DNA of 64,000 nucleotides from an uncultured Clostridia bacterium (GTDB lineage Bacteria; Bacillota; Clostridia; Christensenellales; UBA1242): NCBI GenBank assembly GCA_944351415.1, contig CALVPQ010000001.1, positions 13,540 to 77,539 of the forward strand, read 5' to 3'. Shown piece by piece: positions 56,121 to 64,000 of this stretch (position 1 is its first letter; each line of letters starts with the position of its first letter). The notes under the pieces were generated by a model. It saw only the letters and a program-made list of their open reading frames with translations, ran no database searches and was not told where the DNA came from. The position numbers and the translations under genes were made by a program.

Positions 56121-56936
56121 TTAATCTAAAGTAATTTTTCCAATACGACCTTTTCTAAAATCATCTAAGATTGCTTGTGCTGTTCGTTCTAAATCATATT
56201 CATCTTTCGACAATCTATACCCTCGTTTCTTTGCTATTGCCTCTAGAGTTAACTCCTGCCCATAACGCCTGACTAAAAGTTCTATATAATGCTCTGAAAC
56301 TAGTTTTAAAAATTCTTCTGCAAGCTCACAAATATCAACTATTATTTCATCTTTTATACTGCCAATAAAGAGAAGTTTTTTTGCAACTTCTTGGTCAGCA
56401 AGATTTGGATAAAGTGTGCCTGGAGTGTCACAAAGTTCTATATTATCGCCAATTGAAACCCATTGAGATGACTTGGTTACCCCTGGACGGTTGCCTGTTA
56501 TAGTCTTTGCCTTGCCACAAAGGTTATTTACAAGAGTGCTTTTTCCTGAGTTAGGCACGCCTATAACTATTGCTCTTACAACCGCCTTTATCCCTTTATT
56601 TTTCATCTTTTCAATTTTTTCATGAGCAAGATTTAATATTTTTTGTTTTATAAGTTTGCCTGCCCCTGACATCGTGCTGTTTTGAAGCACAAAATCGCTA
56701 TTGCTAGTTTTATATGATTTTGCAAGTGTTTTAACACGCTCTTGGTCTGCAATATCTGTTTTATTAAAAACATAAAGCACTGGTTTGTTTTGTGAGAGTT
56801 TATTTAAACTTGGATTGATAGAAGATATAGGTGCACGTGCATCTAAAACATAAAGCACAACATCTACATTTGCAAGCTGTTTTTGAATGTCTTTTAATGC
56901 TTTTGTCATGTGCCCTGGAAACCAATTTATTTTCAT
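56121..56936 (-). CDS. rbgA: Ribosome biogenesis GTPase RbgA (YlqF)
   Basis: WFPGHM, with circularly permuted G motifs (NKTD before GVPNSGKST). Confidence 0.9.
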   Translation of the reverse strand: MKINWFPGHMTKALKDIQKQLANVDVVLYVLDARAPISSINPSLNKLSQNKPVLYVFNKTDIADQERVKTLAKSYKTSNSDFVLQNSTMSGAGKLIKQKILNLAHEKIEKMKNKGIKAVVRAIVIGVPNSGKSTLVNNLCGKAKTITGNRPGVTKSSQWVSIGDNIELCDTPGTLYPNLADQEVAKKLLFIGSIKDEIIVDICELAEEFLKLVSEHYIELLVRRYGQELTLEAIAKKRGYRLSKDEYDLERTAQAILDDFRKGRIGKITLD

Positions 56937-57050
56937 CTTTATCTCTCCTTTTCTAAAAAAATAAACTTTATTTTTAATTTTTTTGTCTTTTTGAGGCGAT
57001 TTTCATAAATTTTTACTTAATTCTAGGTTGTTACTATTTTACACAATTAT

Positions 57051-57155
57051 TTATGCCGAGAAGTTATTTGCCTTGCTTTAGGCAAGGTAAATAAAATTTT
57101 TTTCAAAAAATTTATAAAAATTTTGCTGAGCAAAATTTTTAACTTCTCGGCATAA
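57051..57155. repeat. Intergenic nested-hairpin repeat, copy e
   Basis: 16-nt arms ttatgccgagaagtta and taacttctcggcataa. Inner hairpins are gccttgc-ttta-ggcaagg and attttgc-tga-gcaaaat. Confidence 0.7.
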
Positions 57156-57264
57156 GGAAAACTAAAAAATATAGATAAAAAGTAAAATAATCAAGCATGA
57201 TTATAACTTTTTCTGCATTCTTGTCTGCAAAAGTTTATACTTAATTTAAAATTGCCTTTAAAAA

Positions 57265-57927
57265 CTATTTTAATAGGTCAGGACGAACAGCCTTGGTTTT
57301 TTCAATAGCCTGCTTTTTTCTCCACTTTTCAATCTCTGCATGATTGCCAGAAAGTAGCACATCAGGAACTTTATATCCCATAAAATCAGCCGGTCTGGTA
57401 TATTGCGGATATTCAAGTTTTCCACTTGAGAAGCTTTCTTCTTTTAAACTCTCTTCACTGATAACACCGCTAACAAAACGTGATAATGCGTCCACAATAA
57501 CCATAGTTGGAAGTTCGCCCCCTGTTAGCACATAATCTCCTATTGAGATTTCCATCGGGTGAAAAATATCTATAATACGTTGGTCAAGCCCTTCATAATG
57601 CCCACAAATAAAGATGATATGCTCTTGTTTTGATAACTGCTTAACACTTTCAACATTGAGTGTTTTCCCACTTGGAGATGGCATAACTATGGTTGCATTC
57701 TCATCAAGCACACTTTTAACGGCATCATACACGGGTTGAACCATCATAAGCATACCAGCACCACCACCAAAAGGATAATCATCACACTTTTTATGTTTGT
57801 CTAAAGAAAATGCTCGTATATCTATGATATTTATTTCAATTTTTCCGCTCTCTTGTGCCCTTTTTAAGATGCTTGAGTTTAGATAAGAAAAACTTTCTGG
57901 AAAGAGTGTTAGGATATCTATTTTCAT
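57265..57927 (-). CDS. trmD: tRNA (guanine37-N1)-methyltransferase TrmD
   Basis: DILTLFPE, DDYPFGGGAGM, GHYEGLDQR, LTGGELP. Confidence 0.95.
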   Translation of the reverse strand: MKIDILTLFPESFSYLNSSILKRAQESGKIEINIIDIRAFSLDKHKKCDDYPFGGGAGMLMMVQPVYDAVKSVLDENATIVMPSPSGKTLNVESVKQLSKQEHIIFICGHYEGLDQRIIDIFHPMEISIGDYVLTGGELPTMVIVDALSRFVSGVISEESLKEESFSSGKLEYPQYTRPADFMGYKVPDVLLSGNHAEIEKWRKKQAIEKTKAVRPDLLK

Positions 57928-58409
57928 ATCATAATCTCCTTAAGTTTTTCACCATCTACAACGAGTTTATCCCCATCTTTGATAAAAACATCATCAACAT
58001 AAGGTGCTTGATACCTTCGCCCCTCTTTTTCAATAATAAAAATATCACAAAAGCCATAATTTTCAGTATCAATTATTTGCCCAACAAGATTGCCCTGTTG
58101 GTCGTATAGCACCATACCAATTAAGTCATCAATCAGAAATTCATCTTCACCCTTACTTTCTTCAAGCAGGTTTTTATCAATTTTTATCATAGAATTTCTT
58201 AGCAATTCTGCATCATTTCTTGTGTTGATATTTTTAAACTTTATATATAAAAAACCTTGTCTTAAGGAAATTTTTTCAATTTCCATTTCTTTTTCGCCAA
58301 TAAAGGCATTTTTTAATGATTTAAAAACAGCAAGGACATTAGTTAAAGGTAAAGCTTTTACTTCACCTTTTATTCCTTGCGGTTTTACTATTCTTGCTAT
58401 CTCAATCAC
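57924..58409 (-). CDS. rimM: 16S rRNA processing protein RimM
   Basis: IARIVKPQGIKGEVK. The start is set at the GTG at 58409, preceded by GGAGAA that overlaps the KH-gene stop. The listed longer ORF would overlap the KH gene by 59 nt. Confidence 0.8.
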   Translation of the reverse strand: MIEIARIVKPQGIKGEVKALPLTNVLAVFKSLKNAFIGEKEMEIEKISLRQGFLYIKFKNINTRNDAELLRNSMIKIDKNLLEESKGEDEFLIDDLIGMVLYDQQGNLVGQIIDTENYGFCDIFIIEKEGRRYQAPYVDDVFIKDGDKLVVDGEKLKEIMI

Positions 58410-58410
58410 C

Positions 58411-58641
58411 TTATTCTCCAAACTTAACAACAACTTTTTTGTGTTGTCTTGAAGAAATAGAATTAACAATTGTTCTTATGCTAGATGCAATCTTTCCAGC
58501 TTTACCTATCACTCTGCCCATATCGTCTGGTGCAACAAAGACATGAACAATAACTGTTCCTTCGTCTTCTGTTTCAGTGACACTTACACTGTTTTCATCT
58601 ATAACAAGGCTTTTTACAATATATTCTACAAGTTCTTTCAT
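58411..58641 (-). CDS. KH-domain RNA-binding protein (YlqC family)
   Basis: 76 aa with VIGKAGKIASSIR (GxxG), at the conserved position between rpsP and rimM. Confidence 0.85.
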   Translation of the reverse strand: MKELVEYIVKSLVIDENSVSVTETEDEGTVIVHVFVAPDDMGRVIGKAGKIASSIRTIVNSISSRQHKKVVVKFGE

Positions 58642-58685
58642 TTTAACTCCTATTTTTTATAAGCATAATTTTACTTATAAATCTG

Positions 58686-58937
58686 TTATTTTTTCTCAAT
58701 TACGCCACTCTTTACAAGAATTTGTTTAGCTGTGTCGGTTGGAGTTGCGCCATTTTTGAGCCACTTGCTTGCTTTTTCAGTGTCAATATTGATTGTAGCT
58801 GGGTCTGTAAGTGGATTGTATGTTCCAAGAATATCAATAAATTTTCCATCTCTTGGAGCTCTTGAATCAGCAACAATTACTCTGTAAAATGGTGATTTTT
58901 TGTCACCCATTCTTGTAAGTCTAATTTTAACTGCCAT
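58686..58937 (-). CDS. rpsP: 30S ribosomal protein S16
   Basis: [31 protein letters not shown]. Confidence 0.95.
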   Translation of the reverse strand: MAVKIRLTRMGDKKSPFYRVIVADSRAPRDGKFIDILGTYNPLTDPATINIDTEKASKWLKNGATPTDTAKQILVKSGVIEKK

Positions 58938-59036
58938 GTTTTCCTCCTTTAAAAATTTATATCTTAACGTTTAAGTTTTCTTAAACGGGATATACAATAA
59001 AATTGTTTTGAAAAATTAGTTAATTAGTCTAGATTT

Positions 59037-60347
59037 TTAGAACATCTTTTTTAATTTCCCATTTTTCATCTGTTTCATCAGCTCTTTTGATTGTTCAAAT
59101 TGTTTTAAAAGCTGATTAACTTGTTGAATTGACGTTCCGCTACCCTTTGCGATACGCTGACGTCTGCTTGCCTTGATTATATCAGGGTTACGTCTTTCCT
59201 GCGGTGTCATAGACTGAATAATCGCTTTATTAACTTGAAGTTGAGTTTCGTCTATATCTAAGTTCTTAACTTTTCCGCCAAGTCCTGGTATCATTGCAAG
59301 CAGGTCTTTTATGTTCCCCATTTTTTTGATACTTTCAATCTGAGCAAGGTAATCATCAAAGGTAAAGGAATTTTGCCTAAACTTTTTCTCTAGTTCCTTT
59401 GCCTGTTCTTCACTGACCGCTTCTTGCGCCTTTTCAATAAGTGAAAGCACATCTCCCATGCCAAGTATTCGGCTGGCTATTCGGTCTGGATAAAATGGTT
59501 CTATATCTCCAATTTTCTCACCCACACCTGTGAATTTGATAGGTTTGCCTGTGATTGCCTTTATTGAAAGTGCTGCTCCACCACGAGTGTCGCCATCAAG
59601 TTTCGTTAAAACAATACCTGTGATGTCAAGGTCATTATTAAATGCCTGAGCAACAGTTACCGCATCTTGCCCTGTCATTGCATCAACAACAAGCAATATT
59701 TCAGTTGGAGAAACTTCTTTTTTGATGTTTTTAAGCTCGTCCATCAGTTCTTGATTTATATGAAGTCTGCCTGCAGTATCAATAATAACCGTGTCTAGCC
59801 CCTGTTTTTTTGCATGCTCAACTGCTTGCTTTGCTGTTTTTACTGGGTTTTGTGTGCCATGTTCAAACACTTCAACATTTGCTTGTTTTCCAACAACTTG
59901 AAGTTGTGTTATAGCTGCAGGACGATATATGTCGCAGGCTACAAGCAGTGGTTTCTTCCCTGATTTTTTTAAATATGCACCTAATTTTGCACACATTGTG
60001 GTTTTACCAGCACCCTGAAGTCCACACATCATAATGATTGTTGGTGGGTTCGGTGACACTGCAAGTTTTTGGTTGTTTGATGACATGAGAGTTGTAAGTT
60101 CGTCTTTAACAATTTTTATAACCTGTTGTGCTGGAGTTAAACTTTTTAAAACTTCATCGCCAACCGCTTTTTCTGAAACGTTTTTAACAAAGTCTTTTGC
60201 AACCATATAATTGACATCGGCTTCAAGCAAAGCTATACGGACTTCTCTCATTGCTTCTTTTATTTCAAGTTCTGTAAGCCTTCCTCGTTTAGTTAACTTT
60301 GAAAATATATGATTAAATTTCTCTGATAAAGATGAAAATAATGCCAT
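59037..60347 (-). CDS. ffh: Signal recognition particle protein Ffh
   Basis: GLQGAGKTT, DTAGR, TKLDGD, and a Met-rich M domain. Confidence 0.95.
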   Translation of the reverse strand: MALFSSLSEKFNHIFSKLTKRGRLTELEIKEAMREVRIALLEADVNYMVAKDFVKNVSEKAVGDEVLKSLTPAQQVIKIVKDELTTLMSSNNQKLAVSPNPPTIIMMCGLQGAGKTTMCAKLGAYLKKSGKKPLLVACDIYRPAAITQLQVVGKQANVEVFEHGTQNPVKTAKQAVEHAKKQGLDTVIIDTAGRLHINQELMDELKNIKKEVSPTEILLVVDAMTGQDAVTVAQAFNNDLDITGIVLTKLDGDTRGGAALSIKAITGKPIKFTGVGEKIGDIEPFYPDRIASRILGMGDVLSLIEKAQEAVSEEQAKELEKKFRQNSFTFDDYLAQIESIKKMGNIKDLLAMIPGLGGKVKNLDIDETQLQVNKAIIQSMTPQERRNPDIIKASRRQRIAKGSGTSIQQVNQLLKQFEQSKELMKQMKNGKLKKMF

Positions 60348-60631
60348 TACTTCTCCTTTTTATCTGCATTTTCTAAACTTTCAAGTTTCTTTTCTAAATA
60401 GTCAATTCTTTCACAAAGTCTAAGCTTTTTCTCTAGGCTATCTAGTTTCTTTTCGCCTTTTGTTACACTATCATTCACAGCTTGACGTGAAACATTTAAG
60501 TTTACAGCTATTTCGCTTATGGTGAAATCATTATTTAAGTAGCACGACATTATCTCCTGCTGTCCTTTGCTTAATAAATTTCCATACAAGTCAAAAAGTT
60601 TAAGTAATCTCACCTTATCTTCAACTTTCAT
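60347..60631 (-). CDS. ylxM: YlxM (UPF0122) putative HTH protein
   Basis: LFDLYGNLLSKGQQEIMSCYLNNDFTISEIA; positioned directly upstream of ffh. Confidence 0.85.
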   Translation of the reverse strand: MKVEDKVRLLKLFDLYGNLLSKGQQEIMSCYLNNDFTISEIAVNLNVSRQAVNDSVTKGEKKLDSLEKKLRLCERIDYLEKKLESLENADKKEK

Positions 60632-60773
60632 AGCTTCTCCTGTAAAGTAAATTTGCTTTACTTTGAAAGTATATCACAAGCACGTAAATAAATCAAGTGA
60701 TTTTTATAAATTTATAAATTTAGGTTATGTTTTAACATTTTATTATAACAAAACTGCAGAAAAATTTACAATT

Positions 60774-61241
60774 TTATATAGTTTTAATAAAACATTTTAA
60801 CTCATTTGCACAGGTCATTGAATTGTCTTCTTCAAAACCCTTTTTTATATAAAAGTCATAAACTTTTTCTTCGGCTGTTAAAATAATTGTTTTAATATTG
60901 TTTTGTTTCAGATAGTTTTCAAATTGTTCTATAAGTTTTGTTGCAATATGCTTGTTTCTTTCACTTTCAAGCACGTAAAGCTCTTCAATATAGCCAAAAT
61001 TATATTTAAAAAATTTTTTCTCATCGCGCATTTTGACAATTCTAAATAGAATAAAGCCAACAAGTTTATCTTTAATTTTGCACACAACACACTTAGTGCC
61101 AGCTTTCTTGCTTGAATTTTCTATTTCGTCAAAAACTTTTGTATCCTTGTTTAAAGTGATACCTTCACCAAGATAGTATTCTGTAAAAATTTTCTTAAAT
61201 TCTTCTGATTTAAAATCATTATAATATTCAAAACTTTCCAT
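60774..61241 (-). CDS. GNAT-family N-acetyltransferase
   Basis: YIEELYVLESERNKHIATKLI (acetyl-CoA motif A-like); 155 aa. Confidence 0.7.
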   Translation of the reverse strand: MESFEYYNDFKSEEFKKIFTEYYLGEGITLNKDTKVFDEIENSSKKAGTKCVVCKIKDKLVGFILFRIVKMRDEKKFFKYNFGYIEELYVLESERNKHIATKLIEQFENYLKQNNIKTIILTAEEKVYDFYIKKGFEEDNSMTCANELKCFIKTI

Positions 61242-61413
61242 CGACTTTATTTTACTTTTTAATTAATAAAAAGTCAATATTTTTAAATATTATTAATTAG
61301 GTTAAAAAAATAATATAAAATTTCCATTTTTAACTTGATTGCATAAGGTAGAAAAAATAAAAAAATAATAGCAAAATAAGATTACTATCATTTTTTATAT
61401 CAAGTTCTATAAT

Positions 61414-62418
61414 TTATTCTCCAGCTAAAAGTGGACAATTTTCAAAGGCGGTGCTTGAAGTTGTGACGTTTGCTGGAAGATTTATTCTTTCAAGGCTTGT
61501 GCAGTTTGCAAAAGCATATTCATCAATAAAACTTAAATTACTACCATCACCAAAACTTACAATACTTAGCTCAGTGCAATTATAAAAGGCATAAGCTTCT
61601 ATTCTATAAAGATTATTTGTAATATTTACCCTTGTAAGACCAGTTCCAGAGAAAGCATTTTGTTCAATTTTGTATACCTTAAAGTTTGTTCCTTCATAAT
61701 TTACAACATCTGGCAAAGTTATTTCTCTTAAGTTTGCATCACTAACCCCAGTTACTACTGCATACTCTGCTTCGACATAAAGAGTATACTCAATATTTCT
61801 ATAACTATGAGTTTTAGTTGAAATATTAAAAATTGCATAATATGAATCACTTTCGTTATATTCAACTGTTATAACAGCCTCTTCTGAAACTATATCTCCA
61901 CTTTCGCTATCTTGCGCCCAACCTATAAAAATGCTTTGTCCATTAGGCGACGCAGTTAAAGTTAACTCTTCCCCGTTCTCAGAAAGTTGCCCACTTGCAG
62001 AACCTAAAGAAATATCATTGCTGTATATATTATAATCATTAGTTTGACCGTCTTCTTCATCTTTAAAAACAAAAAAATACACACATAATGCTAGTGCAAC
62101 TCCAACAGCAAGCATAATAAATATTACAAAAAATACTTTAAAAGGGTTTTTCTTTTGTGTTTTTTGATTAGCATTTTCTTGTGAAATTTGAGAAGTCTTT
62201 TCTTCTTTTTTATATTTCCCCTTTTTATTATTTTTAAAATTATTTATAACCATATCAAGTGCTTCGTTATAAGATAGGTTTGCATAAGGGTCCTTTGACG
62301 TTTGCCCTTCAGGTTGAACTTTTTGTTGGGTTTGGTTATTTGAATAATCATCATTAAGATTAATTTCATTGAAAGAATTGTTGTTCTGTGTTTGGTTATA
62401 ATCATTTCTATCTTCCAT
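61414..62418 (-). CDS. Membrane-anchored protein with a Q/N-rich N-terminus and BspA-type leucine-rich repeats
   Basis: TM helix FKVFFVIFIMLAVGVALALCVYFFVF. The C-terminal IEQNAFSG..L..V.I...L..IEAYAFYNCTEL...IDEYAFANCTSL pattern is LRR_5-like. Confidence 0.65.
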   Translation of the reverse strand: MEDRNDYNQTQNNNSFNEINLNDDYSNNQTQQKVQPEGQTSKDPYANLSYNEALDMVINNFKNNKKGKYKKEEKTSQISQENANQKTQKKNPFKVFFVIFIMLAVGVALALCVYFFVFKDEEDGQTNDYNIYSNDISLGSASGQLSENGEELTLTASPNGQSIFIGWAQDSESGDIVSEEAVITVEYNESDSYYAIFNISTKTHSYRNIEYTLYVEAEYAVVTGVSDANLREITLPDVVNYEGTNFKVYKIEQNAFSGTGLTRVNITNNLYRIEAYAFYNCTELSIVSFGDGSNLSFIDEYAFANCTSLERINLPANVTTSSTAFENCPLLAGE

Positions 62419-62474
62419 AAACTATCTCCATAAAAACATTTTAATAAATTAATTACACTTTGTCAATCATAAGT

Positions 62475-63623
62475 TTATGCCATTAGTTTTACAATCACAT
62501 AGTTGTTTACTTCATAATAGTTTGGCTCTAAGAAAAACTTGTTTCCCATCTTAAAAATAATATTTTTTTTAAGCAAATACTTGAAGTTTTCATTATTTTC
62601 TATATCTTTCCCAAGTTTTTCTAAATATTTTATATCCACACCGCAGGCACACCTTAAGCCTAGCATAAGATGTTCTTCAATAAGTTCCTCCTTTGAAAGT
62701 ATTTCTTTTAAAGCAAGTTTTCGATTGTAGTAATCTTCAAAATTACTTGCATTTGCATATCTTATTCCATCTATATAAGAATGTGCGCCCAAACCAAAGC
62801 CTATATAGTTTTCTCCTGTCCAATATTTAAAATTATGTCTGCTTTCATAGCCTATTTTTGCAAAGTTTGACACTTCATATCGTTTAAACCCATTATTTTC
62901 TAGAAAACTGGCATTTTCTTTATAAATCAATACATTTTCATCTTCGCTTGGTAAATAATCAGCATTATGAGAAACAAATTTTGCAAGTGGTGTGCCATCT
63001 TCAATTTGAAGCATATATGTTGAAATATGTTTTATATCTTTTTTTATCAAAGTTTCAAGTTGTTGTTTAAATTTTTCCGGTGTTTGATTTTGAAGCCCAA
63101 TTATTAAATCACAACTTATATTTTTTATACCTGTTTCTTTTACAATATCTATTGCTTCAAGCGCCTGGGAAGAATTATGCAATCTGCCAATAAATTTTAA
63201 TTCTTCATCATCTAAACTTTGTATGCCAAGAGATACCCTATTAATTCCTAAGCTTTTATAGCCAAGTGCTTTTTCAAGTGTTAAAGAATTTGGATTACAT
63301 TCTATTGTTATTTCACTATTTTGTATAACGTTGAATTTTTCTTTTATTTTATTTAAAATTTTCGCAAGAATATCTAAATTAAGCAAACTCGGAGTTCCGC
63401 CACCTATATAAATGGTATCTACGTCATAAGTTTGGGTTTTTGTTTTTCCTAGCTTTGCAAGTTCATTATTAAATTCATAATTATCAAAAGTAAAATCTTC
63501 AATTTCTTGCAATAATGAAGAAATATATCTATCCTGCTCCTTTTCAATATTAACAAAAGAAGAAAATGCACAATAGTTACATTTTCTTTCACAAAATGGG
63601 ATATGAATATAAATTCCTAACAT
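62475..63623 (-). CDS. hemW: Radical SAM heme chaperone HemW (HemN-like)
   Basis: Start at the ATG at 63623, after AAGGTGG. IHIPFCERKCNYCAF contains CxxxCxxC. It lies downstream of lepA, as in Bacillus. Confidence 0.85.
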   Translation of the reverse strand: MLGIYIHIPFCERKCNYCAFSSFVNIEKEQDRYISSLLQEIEDFTFDNYEFNNELAKLGKTKTQTYDVDTIYIGGGTPSLLNLDILAKILNKIKEKFNVIQNSEITIECNPNSLTLEKALGYKSLGINRVSLGIQSLDDEELKFIGRLHNSSQALEAIDIVKETGIKNISCDLIIGLQNQTPEKFKQQLETLIKKDIKHISTYMLQIEDGTPLAKFVSHNADYLPSEDENVLIYKENASFLENNGFKRYEVSNFAKIGYESRHNFKYWTGENYIGFGLGAHSYIDGIRYANASNFEDYYNRKLALKEILSKEELIEEHLMLGLRCACGVDIKYLEKLGKDIENNENFKYLLKKNIIFKMGNKFFLEPNYYEVNNYVIVKLMA

Positions 63624-63699
63624 AAAAACCACCTTATTTTTAAAACTTGAAAACAAAATACACTCTTACTTTGCCATTGCAACTGGAATTTTAAATAAT

Positions 63700-63827
63700 G
63701 CTGGCGGAAGAGCTTGAACAAAATTTGTTCAAGCAGAAAAAAGCCTATAAAAACAAATCTATAATAAAGACCATCTCTGTGGCTTTTTCTAAAAATTTTT
63801 AAGCTTAAAAATTTTACTTCCGCCAGC
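63700..63827. repeat. Intergenic nested-hairpin repeat, copy f
   Basis: Arms gctggcggaag and cttccgccagc. Inner hairpins are gcttgaac-aaaattt-gttcaagc, agaaaaagcc...ggctttttct and the palindrome aaaaatttttaagcttaaaaatttt. Confidence 0.7.
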
Positions 63828-63899
63828 GGAATAAGTTAAATAATACCATATACTTTATTTTTAAAATTAATGCAGAAAATTTATTTATACTGCTTTTAC

Positions 63900-64000
63900 T
63901 TATTTATCTTCATCATCAAGCTTAAGTATCGACATAAATGCTTCGGAAGGTATCTCAACAGAGCCAATCTTTCTCATTCGTTTTTTACCTTCTTTTTGCT
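63900..64000 (-). CDS. lepA: Elongation factor 4 (LepA), C-terminal end only
   Basis: My own translation of the minus strand gives [32 protein letters not shown]-stop. This matches the conserved LepA C-terminus ([18 protein letters not shown]). The gene continues off-window. Confidence 0.8.
   Translation of the reverse strand, partial: QKEGKKRMRKIGSVEIPSEAFMSILKLDDEDK

Overview
This is a 64-kb chromosomal segment from a very AT-rich, Firmicutes-type genome, with about 85% of genes on the minus strand. The backbone is housekeeping, and several blocks follow Bacillus-like gene order. These include ileS behind an Ile T-box, a large Bacillus-type SRP RNA, nifS plus an IscU-like gene, trxA and tcdA. 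They also include dprA-topA-trmFO-hslV-hslU, comM, rpsU-rplS and mtaB, parE-parC, murG, ylxM-ffh-rpsP-KH-rimM-trmD, rbgA, yraN and lepA-hemW. There is one tRNA-Arg(CCU) and a transposase gene cut by the left window edge. I found no rRNA, CRISPR array, prophage or recognisable known defence operon. Six items deserve a second look. (1) A leaderless, cysteine-free DUF11-repeat operon ends in a 97-aa protein with 14 Cys, flanked by an XRE regulator and the tRNA. (2) A family of at least six intergenic nested-hairpin repeats has closing arms that differ between copies while staying perfectly complementary. Two copies share a GTGCGGGAG-containing 5' module at identical spacing, and a fragment sits inside the ileS T-box leader. 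(3) An orphan 639-aa protein carries a clear C-terminal RNxxxH HEPN motif and a weaker internal one. A separate protein fuses a HEPN-like N-terminus to a CBS pair. (4) An IscU-like protein next to nifS has lost all three cluster-ligand cysteines. (5) An unassigned G+C-enriched, hairpin-rich 300-nt region lies between dprA and topA. (6) Two tandem lipoprotein paralogs have near-identical 5' ends and divergent 3' ends. All family calls come from motifs read by eye, since no database searches could be run.
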